Source: an uncultured delta proteobacterium
Lineage (GTDB): Bacteria > Desulfobacterota > Binatia > Binatales > Binataceae
Length of the DNA: 64,000 bases
Assembly (NCBI GenBank): GCA_963794325.1
Contig: CAWCDG010000004.1
Span: 1,056,001-1,120,000 of the forward strand
Reading direction: 5' to 3'
The notes under the pieces are model-generated. The model was not told where the DNA came from. It made no database searches and was given only the letters and a program-made list of their open reading frames with translations. Numbering within the stretch: the stretch's first letter is position 1; every line of letters starts with the position of its first letter. A program made the position numbers and the translations under genes. Below, in pieces: positions 51,016 to 58,759 of this stretch.

Positions 51016-51339
51016 TCAGCGCGCCGGCGTCTCGTCATCGTTGTCGTCGGCGAACTTGTACACGAGCTCGTCGGGCCGCGCGTATCCAAGCTCGCGGCGA
51101 ATCAGGCGCTCGATATAACGGTCGTCTGAACGAAGCTTCTGAATGCGCGTTCTGAACACCGCGTTGTCCGCTGCCAGTTGATTGCGGCGGGCCTCCAATG
51201 CGGCACGATGGCTCTGGAGGGCAACGAGGTCGCGCGGCCCCAGGTTGCCGAGCAGTGCACTTAAGATAAGCATCACCAGAACCCCGCCGAAGATTAGGCT
51301 GAGCCACTCGCGGCGGAGAACGAAGCTTAACCGGGTCAT
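51016..51339 (-). CDS. ftsB: Septum formation initiator FtsB/DivIC
   Basis: TM helix, coiled coil, IE..RRELGY.RPDE. Confidence 0.85.
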   Translation of the reverse strand: MTRLSFVLRREWLSLIFGGVLVMLILSALLGNLGPRDLVALQSHRAALEARRNQLAADNAVFRTRIQKLRSDDRYIERLIRRELGYARPDELVYKFADDNDDETPAR

Positions 51340-51474
51340 CCGAGGAATGGTAATGCAACGAGCGGGTCGAGTTCAAGAGAGCTAATTTTGAACGTCATTC
51401 TAAAGACCCGAAATAGACCGGTTCGGTTGCGTTCTTCCGACTTTAAAATTTGTTTATAAATATCGCGATGGCCC

Positions 51475-51503
51475 TTGATTTGAGAATAACATGTTTCTAT
51501 AAT
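51475..51503 (+). promoter_or_regulatory. Near-consensus sigma70 promoter
   Basis: TTGATT-N17-TATAAT. Confidence 0.75.
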
Positions 51504-51584
51504 CGGCCCGAACCGATGAGAGATAAACTCTCATCCATAAGAAAAGGCGCTTCTCCAGCAGCAGCCTACGAAGAGGAGGTACCT

Positions 51585-51689
51585 ATGCCAGGAATGAAGA
51601 AACGGGCCAAAAAGGCCACCAAGTCCAAACCGATGCGGAAGAGCAAAATGGCAAAAAAGAAGCCTGCCAAAAAGACCAAAAAGAAGTAA
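51585..51689 (+). CDS. 34-aa Lys-rich (histone H1-tail-like) small protein
   Basis: GAGGAGGT RBS, own promoter and terminator; MPGMKKRAKKATKSKPMRKSKMAKKKPAKKTKKK. Confidence 0.7.
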   Translation: MPGMKKRAKKATKSKPMRKSKMAKKKPAKKTKKK

Positions 51690-51792
51690 CCACTTAACGA
51701 GTTTACCTTCGGGCTAATACCCCGAAGGCTGGCGGAGGCTGCCAGGGTTCGCTGCTGGATTAAGCCGAGGCCGAAAGGCCTCGCAACACGGG

Positions 51793-51828
51793 AGAGCCCC
51801 TTCGAAAGAGGGGGCTCTTTCCTTTTCC
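51793..51828 (+). terminator. Intrinsic terminator
   Basis: agagccccttc-GAAA-gagggggctct followed by ttcctttt. Confidence 0.75.
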
Positions 51829-51893
51829 GGCGCTTGCGGGCGTGCGCATTCAACATGATAGGGTTCGATCGCGGCGACGCCTCGCGAACCCTG

Positions 51894-53153
51894 ATGTCCG
51901 AGTCAGCGAAAAACTTTGACGTGATAATTGTCGGCGCCCGCGTGGCCGGCAGCGCCGCTGCGATATTACTCGCGCGTGATGGGCGTCGCGTTTTACTAGT
52001 CGACAAGGACGCATTCCCGTCGGATCGGCTTTCGACGCATATCGTGCTCGGCGGCGGGACCAAAGTGCTCGAGCGAATGGGCGTCCTCGAAATGCTCGAG
52101 CGCGCGGGCGGCGTCCGCTTCACGCGATCACGCACGGTTGGTCCCGATTTTGACTATAGCGGCGAACTCATGCGCGAGGGCGCCGACAATCGCGGACTGT
52201 GCCTCGGACGCGTGCTGATGGACGCCGCGATGATCGATGCGGCGCGAAGTTTCGAAGGCGTCACGTTTCGCGAACGCTTCAGGCTTACCGATCTGCTCAT
52301 CGAAGATGATGCGATCGTGGGAATTCGCGGCGAGGATGCGGCGGGCGTGCATGAGTTTCGCGCGACGCTGACCATCGGCGCCGACGGGATGCGCAGTTCG
52401 GTTGCGGAAATCGCGTCGGAGCGTATCGACGCATTCCCGCGCGTCGACGTTCCATGCGCGCGCGCATATTACTATGCGTACTTCGAAGGTGTCGCGCGGA
52501 AAAATCTCGGCGACGATCTGATCGCGGAGTTCGAGTCGGCGCCCGGTGCCGGCAACCTGGTTTGCCGATGTGAGAACGGGCTCACGGTCGCCGCGACGGC
52601 GTTCGACGCGTCCGAGATGCAAACCTTTCGCACCGACCTCGCATCGAATCTGCGCAGCTATCTGAATCGATCGTTCGCAGTTGGCAAGATGCTCGAAGGC
52701 GCGACGATAGTCGGCAAAGTGTTTTCTTCGGGCATCCTCAACAACACGTATCGCAATCCGGTCGCTGACGGCGCGATTCTGCTCGGCGACGCGGGCCTGC
52801 ACGTCGATCCGCTGTTCGGACAGGGGCATTCGATGGCGCTGATGAGCGCATGGATTGTTGGCGAGCTCGCGCGCGAGTGGTTCTCCACAGGCCGCGGCAA
52901 CGCGATACCCGTCGGCATGCTGGACGACTTTACGCGGCGGCGCGATGCGGAGTTGATGCCGTACTACAAGGCGAGCGTGCAGGTATCGCGTGAGATCCCG
53001 CTCGATCGTGCGAGCCGTCTGGCGCATCGCGCGGCGAGCCGAGAGCAATGGGCGGCGGACGAGATGATTCGATTCGCGCAGATGCTCGCGCCGAGCGCAG
53101 CGTTGTCGTTCCGATTCGCGCGCCTGATGGCGGCCGCGTCACGCGACGCCTAA
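51894..53153 (+). CDS. FAD-dependent oxidoreductase (geranylgeranyl reductase/halogenase-like)
   Basis: DVIIVGARVAG, IGADG, LLGDAG..DP..GQG. Confidence 0.88.
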   Translation: MSESAKNFDVIIVGARVAGSAAAILLARDGRRVLLVDKDAFPSDRLSTHIVLGGGTKVLERMGVLEMLERAGGVRFTRSRTVGPDFDYSGELMREGADNRGLCLGRVLMDAAMIDAARSFEGVTFRERFRLTDLLIEDDAIVGIRGEDAAGVHEFRATLTIGADGMRSSVAEIASERIDAFPRVDVPCARAYYYAYFEGVARKNLGDDLIAEFESAPGAGNLVCRCENGLTVAATAFDASEMQTFRTDLASNLRSYLNRSFAVGKMLEGATIVGKVFSSGILNNTYRNPVADGAILLGDAGLHVDPLFGQGHSMALMSAWIVGELAREWFSTGRGNAIPVGMLDDFTRRRDAELMPYYKASVQVSREIPLDRASRLAHRAASREQWAADEMIRFAQMLAPSAALSFRFARLMAAASRDA

Positions 53154-53165
53154 TCCGGCATTCCA

Positions 53166-53996
53166 GTGGATGACCTCGAACTCGGCCGCATCCCCGCGCA
53201 ACGCGAGCTGCCCGAGCCGGTCAAGTTCGCATCGCCGATCATGCTGCTGCCCGAGCTGTTCGCGACCCCGCGGCATCTCGCGCTCGTGACCGGGTATCTC
53301 GCATCGATCGGATGGGAAGTATTCGTGCCCGACCTGCGGTCTGCGTACGGCAAAGGCTCGACGCCGCCCGTCGAGAAACTTCGCTTCAACGATCTTGCCG
53401 CGCTGGCCGGCGAAGCGCTCGAGGCGATCGGTCGCGATGCGGTCATCCTCGGTCACGGCGTCGGCGGATTGATCGCGTGCAAGCTCAGCGCGCATCGCCG
53501 GGTGAAGGCCGCCGTCGCATATGCGCCGCTGGTGCCGGGCTTTCGCACGCCGCTCGCCGGCGGAATCGGAAATCGAATCGCGATGATGTTCGGAAGACCG
53601 ATCAAACCGCCAAGCGGAAGAATACTTTTCGAGTTGATCGCCGATTCCGATCCGTTCACACGCGAGGGTTTGATCAATGCGATGGTGCCCGACTCGGGCG
53701 CGCTCGCAACCGACGTGATGGCCGGCGCGATCGAATTTGCAGCATCGGACAAAGCCGCGCCGCGCCTCGTCGTCGCCGGTGATTCGGACATCCTGGCTCC
53801 TCTGCCAGAGACGACCAAATTTGCCGAATCGATCGGCGCGAAGCTGGCGACAATTCGCGGGCGCGGGCATTGGCTGATCGGTGGCCGCGCGCTGGAACGT
53901 GCAATCAACGAGACGCAGCGATTCCTCGTGCGCGCCCTCGGCCAGGATTTGCTGCTGCTCTATCCCGAAGAGTGGAAAAACGAACCGCCCGAGTGA
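53166..53996 (+). CDS. Alpha/beta hydrolase fold protein lacking the nucleophile Ser
   Basis: GWEVFVPDL, ILGHGVGG, VAGDSD, GRGH. Confidence 0.75.
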   Translation: MDDLELGRIPAQRELPEPVKFASPIMLLPELFATPRHLALVTGYLASIGWEVFVPDLRSAYGKGSTPPVEKLRFNDLAALAGEALEAIGRDAVILGHGVGGLIACKLSAHRRVKAAVAYAPLVPGFRTPLAGGIGNRIAMMFGRPIKPPSGRILFELIADSDPFTREGLINAMVPDSGALATDVMAGAIEFAASDKAAPRLVVAGDSDILAPLPETTKFAESIGAKLATIRGRGHWLIGGRALERAINETQRFLVRALGQDLLLLYPEEWKNEPPE

Positions 53997-54026
53997 GAGA
54001 GTAGAATCGAAGGCAGGTGAATCGCG

Positions 54027-54815
54027 ATGGCAAATGAAAACGTGCAGAAAAATCTGATCATCGAGGAAGCAGCCGGGCTCATCACGCTCACGATGAACCG
54101 GCCCGAGAAGCGCAACGCGCTTTCGACCGCGATGATGACGGAGCTGAACGACGCGCTCGTCGCGATCGGAAAACGTAGCGATGCGCGCGCGGTCATAATC
54201 GCCGGCAGCGGGCCGGCGTTCTCGGCGGGCCACGACCTCGGCGAATTGAAGGGACGCGACCTCGTATTCTATCGCTATGAATTCGATCTTTGCGCGCAGC
54301 TGATGCTGACGATTCAAAGAATTCCGCAGCCGGTGATCGCGCGAGTGCATGCGATCGCGACCGCCGCGGGATGCCAGCTCGCGGCAACCTGCGACCTCGT
54401 CGTCGCCGGCGAGAACGCAAGCTTCGCCACGCCTGGCGTGAGAATCGGGCTGTTCTGCTCAACCCCGATGGTTGCGCTGACCCGCGCCGTCGGCCGCAAG
54501 CATGCGATGGAAATGCTCCTGACCGGCCAGCCCGTCAAAGCAAAGGCCGCCGCCGAATGGGGACTGGTGAACAGAGTGGTCGCCGACGCCGACCTTGTCG
54601 CAGAAACCCGCAAGCTAGCGATGCAGATAGTCGAAGCCAGCCCCTTAATCATCGGAATCGGCAAGCGAGCATTCTACGAGCAAATCGATCTGGATACGGC
54701 GAAGGCCTACGAATACACCAAGGAAGTGATGAGCCAGAACGCGATGGCAATCGACGCGCAGGAAGGAATCGGCGCGTTCCTGGAAAAGCGCAAACCAGTG
54801 TGGCGCGGAAAGTGA
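54027..54815 (+). CDS. Enoyl-CoA hydratase/isomerase family protein
   Basis: NRPEKRNAL, FSAGHDL, ATAAGCQL, AFLEKRKP. Confidence 0.93.
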   Translation: MANENVQKNLIIEEAAGLITLTMNRPEKRNALSTAMMTELNDALVAIGKRSDARAVIIAGSGPAFSAGHDLGELKGRDLVFYRYEFDLCAQLMLTIQRIPQPVIARVHAIATAAGCQLAATCDLVVAGENASFATPGVRIGLFCSTPMVALTRAVGRKHAMEMLLTGQPVKAKAAAEWGLVNRVVADADLVAETRKLAMQIVEASPLIIGIGKRAFYEQIDLDTAKAYEYTKEVMSQNAMAIDAQEGIGAFLEKRKPVWRGK

Positions 54816-54850
54816 GGGGGGCGAAGAAGAATAGTCGCCTGCGCGGCGGG

Positions 54851-55050
54851 CGGCAGGGGTGACCCCTGCACCCAGTGAGAATCGCAAAACGGCGAGGACG
54901 ACATTTCGCTCTCAAGTTCTGTTTTCTGAGTCATTCTTCTGTTTCCCCTTTCTCGCGGGAAAGGGGGTGAGGGGGATAGGACGGGGCGGAATAGTTGTCT
55001 CAAATCCGGTTCCCCTTCCCGCTCGGGAAGGGGTTAGGGGTTAGGTTCTT
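54851..55050. repeat. Mosaic repeat: family A arm (54851-54936) plus reverse composite family B (54936-55050)
   Basis: The arm is an imperfect reverse complement of 56646-56734; the B part matches 3631-3748. Confidence 0.85.
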
Positions 55051-55098
55051 CGCTACACAGCGACGCTCCGCTGAGTGCAATCTTACTAGCCCAGTTAG

Positions 55099-55503
55099 TT
55101 ATTCCTTTATGCGAAGCTTGAAACTGCTTGGATGTCCGGGACTGTGGCTCACGTACTCGACCGGACCGAGATAGCGAAATCCTGAGTCAGAGTATTGCTT
55201 GGGCTCTTCTCGATAAAAGAGGAGCAGCTCCAAATCTCGAGTTTTGTGATCAATGATCATCTGATCGCTTTTGCCTGAGGTCTGTCCCTGCCAGTGAAGT
55301 GTCTTGCCAGACCGATAGTCGACGTACTTCGGTTGGTTCGGTGCCTTCTTACGCGTGACGAAAAGCCAGACGGAGGAATAATTCTTCGGTCTGAAAACTC
55401 CGGTGTTTAAGGTAGCGTCCGAAGTAGGAAAAATCTCTCGGAGTGATTTTCGAGAATATATTTCGCCGATCTTTAGCTTTTCCGATGCGAAACCTAAGTT
55501 CAT
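55099..55503 (-). CDS. DUF3427/SRA-like putative modified-DNA recognition domain, stand-alone
   Basis: YSR..L, GVF, WLFVT..K, Y.D...LHWQGQ, LLFYRE, FRYLG pattern; visibly lower GC than flanks. Confidence 0.6.
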   Translation of the reverse strand: MNLGFASEKLKIGEIYSRKSLREIFPTSDATLNTGVFRPKNYSSVWLFVTRKKAPNQPKYVDYRSGKTLHWQGQTSGKSDQMIIDHKTRDLELLLFYREEPKQYSDSGFRYLGPVEYVSHSPGHPSSFKLRIKE

Positions 55504-55548
55504 GGTTGCTCCCCTTCAGATGGTGTACCAGGATTCCTCTTCGCGGTT

Positions 55549-55887
55549 CTAGCGCGGCGCTCGCGGAGGAGGAAAGTTGCGACTAAAGGGAAGCCGGGTG
55601 ATTTTGCGTCTGTCGACAAGGTCGCTGACGATATAGAGAAACTCGTAGAGGGATGGGCATCCGTGATCCGTTGCAAGGCTGAGCAATACGGCGGCGATAC
55701 GTGCGACCGGATCATTATGGTCGTCTTCCGCGACTTCTATCAGCCACTGCCCGAAGACAATTGTTGCGTGTGGGTTTCCAGTCGCCCGATGCTGTGTGAG
55801 GATTGCGCGATCGATTTGCGGCTCCTCGACCGCGGTCAATAGCAGCCGGGTGCGGATTCTCAGGAATCTTCGTCTCGGCGGTAGCAT
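55549..55887 (-). CDS. Hypothetical protein
   Basis: Co-oriented ORF in the islet; start uncertain. Confidence 0.4.
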   Translation of the reverse strand: MLPPRRRFLRIRTRLLLTAVEEPQIDRAILTQHRATGNPHATIVFGQWLIEVAEDDHNDPVARIAAVLLSLATDHGCPSLYEFLYIVSDLVDRRKITRLPFSRNFPPPRAPR

Positions 55888-56234
55888 TCGCAGCAGATTA
55901 CCCCGTCGCCTTCAGAGGATTCGAGATATGCGTCGTCGAAGAGTAAGGCGACTGGCTGTTCGCATTCGATGCAGCGCTTCGTTTCAGCCCATCCGGTAAC
56001 GGTGCTCACGGCGTCCTCGATGCTTGCGATGACGTATCTGAGATCGTCGCGGTCGTCGTTGGTCGCTTCGGCCTCGATGATGAGGGTGCCGCGAGAGACG
56101 CTTCCAGCGCCTGTGCGATCCGGCGTTGCGCGCGCTGCGCGGAGCGCGAGTTCGATTGCTTGGGCTAGAGCCTCAACCATTTGGCCCGAACCTTCGATCC
56201 TGAATTTTCTTGGGGCGGCATCTGATGAACTCAT
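55860..56234 (-). CDS. Hypothetical protein with C-terminal CxxC...CxxC (zinc-ribbon-like)
   Basis: GAGGAGG RBS; CIEC ... CCEC. Confidence 0.6.
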   Translation of the reverse strand: MSSSDAAPRKFRIEGSGQMVEALAQAIELALRAARATPDRTGAGSVSRGTLIIEAEATNDDRDDLRYVIASIEDAVSTVTGWAETKRCIECEQPVALLFDDAYLESSEGDGVICCECYRRDEDS

Positions 56235-56335
56235 TGGTTTCCTCCTCAGTTGAATTCGAAGTTTGAACCCTGGCCTGGGCGTGAGAAAATTGGAAGTGCA
56301 CTCAGCGAACGCATCTCAGGCATTTCGGAATGTTG

Positions 56336-56832
56336 ACCCTCACCCGCGCCGGGGCGCGGCCTCTCCCTGATAGAGAGAGGCTAAGAAGGATCGGGATTCT
56401 TCGCTTCGCTCTGAATGACACCAAAAAGTGAGCAGGCTAGGTTTTGTGACGTGGCCCAGCACCCTCACCTGCCGACCGCGTTGCGGTGGCGCGGCATTTT
56501 TGGAGCGGGCACAAATTCAGAACTCAAGGTCCCCCACCCGCCGCGCGCGGACGCGCGGCGGCCTCGCCCCACGAATGTGGGAGGCGAAGATCCGGGATTC
56601 TTCGCTACGCGCTGAATAACACAAAGACTGAATGACACAGGAACTGAATGACACAAGGACAGAACCTGAGAGCGAAATGGCGTCCTCGACATTTCGCGAT
56701 TTCTTTACACTGGGTGCAGGGGTCACCCCTGCCGAAGGAAGCGTGAAACCCATCGCGGGTTTCACTTTCAATTAAGTTCTCACTCAAGAACCTAACCCCT
56801 AACCCCTTCCCGAGCGGGAAGGGGAACCGGAT
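56336..56832. repeat. Large mosaic repeat cluster (families C, D, A, B and a 16-bp tandem x3)
   Basis: ccctcacccg, gggattcttcgct...gaatgaca, (ctgaat.acaca..a)x3 at 56612-56659, reverse A at 56708-56773, B at 56786-56832. Confidence 0.85.
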
Positions 56833-56941
56833 ATATAAATCGGCTCGCGGGCTCCGTATTGATTGCTCGCTCGACTCTTGTTAGGGTCGGTTATGGCGCA
56901 TCTGATTAAACGGACTGCGTGTAAATATTGAAGGGCGACTT

Positions 56942-56973
56942 GGGCCCGCGGAAAACCCGCGGGCTCTTTTTTT
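56942..56973 (+). terminator. Terminator-like hairpin immediately upstream of the guaB RBS (possible attenuator)
   Basis: gggcccgcgg-aaaac-ccgcgggctc followed by T7, then AGGAGG. Confidence 0.7.
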
Positions 56974-56991
56974 ATCCAGGAGGTTATTTTT

Positions 56992-58446
56992 ATGGCGCAT
57001 CAGGAACTCCGCGAAGCACTTACCTTCGATGACGTTCTTCTGCTGCCTCAATCGTCCGACTTGCTGCCGGCGAATTGCGACGTCTCGACTTCGCTGACGC
57101 CGAAGATTCGACTGCGCATTCCACTTGTCTCCAGCCCGATGGATACCGTCACCGAATCGCGCACCGCGATCGCGATCGCGCAGATGGGTGGCTTTGGATT
57201 TATCCATCGTAATCTTTCGATCGAAGAGCAGGCCGCCGAAGTCGAGACCGTCAAGAAATATGAAACCGGGATGATCGTCGATCCGATCACCGTCAGCCCC
57301 GAGCAGAAAATCGGCGAGGCGTTGGCGGTGATGGAGCGCTTCAAGATCTCGGGGCTGCCGGTGGTATCGGACGGGCGGCTGGTCGGGATTCTGACTAATC
57401 GCGATCTGCGGTTCGAACGGCGCCTCGACAAGCAGGTGCGCGACGTGATGACGCACAAGGTGATCACGGCGCGTCCCGGAATCGATCTCGAACACGCCAA
57501 GGAGCTCCTGCAGGCGCATCGGATTGAGAAGCTGCCGCTGGTGGACGATCAGAATCGGCTGCGCGGGCTTATCACCGTCAAGGATATGGACAAGGCGATT
57601 CGCCATCCGCATGCGAGCAAAGATCAGCTCGGGCGGCTGCGAGTCGGTGCCGCCGTCGGAGTCGGTCCCGAGCGCGAGGCGCGCGTGGCGGCGCTGCGGC
57701 GGGCGGGCGTCGATGTGATTTGTATCGACACCGCGCATGGGCATACGCGCAACGTGATCGATGCGATCAAGGCGACCAAGAGTGAATGGCCGGGAATCGA
57801 AGTGGTGGCGGGGAACGTCGCGACCAGCGAGGGCGCGAAGGCATTGTGCGACGCCGGCGCCGATGCGTTACGCGTCGGGATGGGGCCGGGATCGATTTGC
57901 ACGACGCGCGTGATTTCGGGAGTCGGGGTGCCGCAGATCACGGCTATCATGGATACGATCGCGGTTGCGGAGCCGCGCAATATCCCGGTGATCGCGGACG
58001 GCGGAATCCGGTTCTCGGGCGATATCACCAAGGCGATTGCGGCTGGCGCGAACAGCGTAATGATTGGATCGCTATTCGCGGGTTCCGAGGAAAGTCCCGG
58101 CGAGACGATTCTCTACCAGGGGCGCACCTACAAACTTTACCGCGGGATGGGATCGCTCGGCGCGATGAACGAGCGCACCGGCGATCGCTACGGGCAGCTC
58201 GCGGTGACTGACGGCAAGCATGTGCCGGAGGGAATCGAAGGGCGCGTGCCGCATCGCGGGTCGCTTGCCTCGAATATTGAGCAGCTGGTCGGCGGGTTGC
58301 AGTCGGGGATGGGATACCTGGGCGCGGCCAATCTAACGGAACTGCGCAAGCGGGCGAAGTTCGTGAAGGTCAGCGACGCGGGCATGCGCGAGAGTCATGT
58401 GCATGACGTGTTCATTACGAAAGAAGCGCCGAATTACAGACAGTAG
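56992..58446 (+). CDS. guaB: IMP dehydrogenase
   Basis: [11 protein letters not shown] pair, [15 protein letters not shown]. Confidence 0.98.
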   Translation: MAHQELREALTFDDVLLLPQSSDLLPANCDVSTSLTPKIRLRIPLVSSPMDTVTESRTAIAIAQMGGFGFIHRNLSIEEQAAEVETVKKYETGMIVDPITVSPEQKIGEALAVMERFKISGLPVVSDGRLVGILTNRDLRFERRLDKQVRDVMTHKVITARPGIDLEHAKELLQAHRIEKLPLVDDQNRLRGLITVKDMDKAIRHPHASKDQLGRLRVGAAVGVGPEREARVAALRRAGVDVICIDTAHGHTRNVIDAIKATKSEWPGIEVVAGNVATSEGAKALCDAGADALRVGMGPGSICTTRVISGVGVPQITAIMDTIAVAEPRNIPVIADGGIRFSGDITKAIAAGANSVMIGSLFAGSEESPGETILYQGRTYKLYRGMGSLGAMNERTGDRYGQLAVTDGKHVPEGIEGRVPHRGSLASNIEQLVGGLQSGMGYLGAANLTELRKRAKFVKVSDAGMRESHVHDVFITKEAPNYRQ

Positions 58447-58462
58447 GATGCGGGGGAGCAGA

Positions 58463-58720
58463 ATGCGGGGCTCCTCGCCCCGCGCCCTCGGCAGGGGTGA
58501 CCCCTGCACCCAGTATTAAGATGCGGGACGTTGTCCCTGTTTGGAAGTTTTTTGGGGTCGTGGCGTGTGTGGTGCCGTGGCCGCAATGGTCGAACTTGCG
58601 CGCGTGGCAGCCCTTCCCGTGCGGGAAGGGGAACCGGACGTAAGAAGCATCTTTTCAATGGGTGCAGGGGTCACCCCTGCCGAAGGAAGTGTGAAACCCG
58701 TCGTGGGTTTCACTACAATT
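58463..58720. repeat. Family A doublet (inverted pair) with a nested family B hairpin
   Basis: Reverse-orientation homolog of 7911-8114, with cccttcccgtgcgggaagggg inserted at about 58611-58631. Confidence 0.9.
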
Positions 58721-58759
58721 AGTTGCTCTAAGTTCCCCAGGGGCGGGGTGGCGGTACGA

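Noticed and set aside
51500-51830. tmRNA, 6S, SRP RNA or tRNA identity for the structured region
   Set aside because: No T-loop/CCA end, no SRP helix 8 motif and no long 6S-type rod could be seen.
56612-56659. Short tandem repeats and dispersed palindromes as a CRISPR array
   Set aside because: No regularly spaced identical repeats with unique 30-40 bp spacers, and no cas genes.
56860-56940. Canonical purine riboswitch upstream of guaB
   Set aside because: TATGG and GTAAA fragments are present, but the TTTCTACC junction and P2/P3 pairing are not.
58541-58759. N-terminal extension of Ddl, and small ORFs containing GAGVTPA or CRGHPC
   Set aside because: These are translations of the family A repeat, not proteins.
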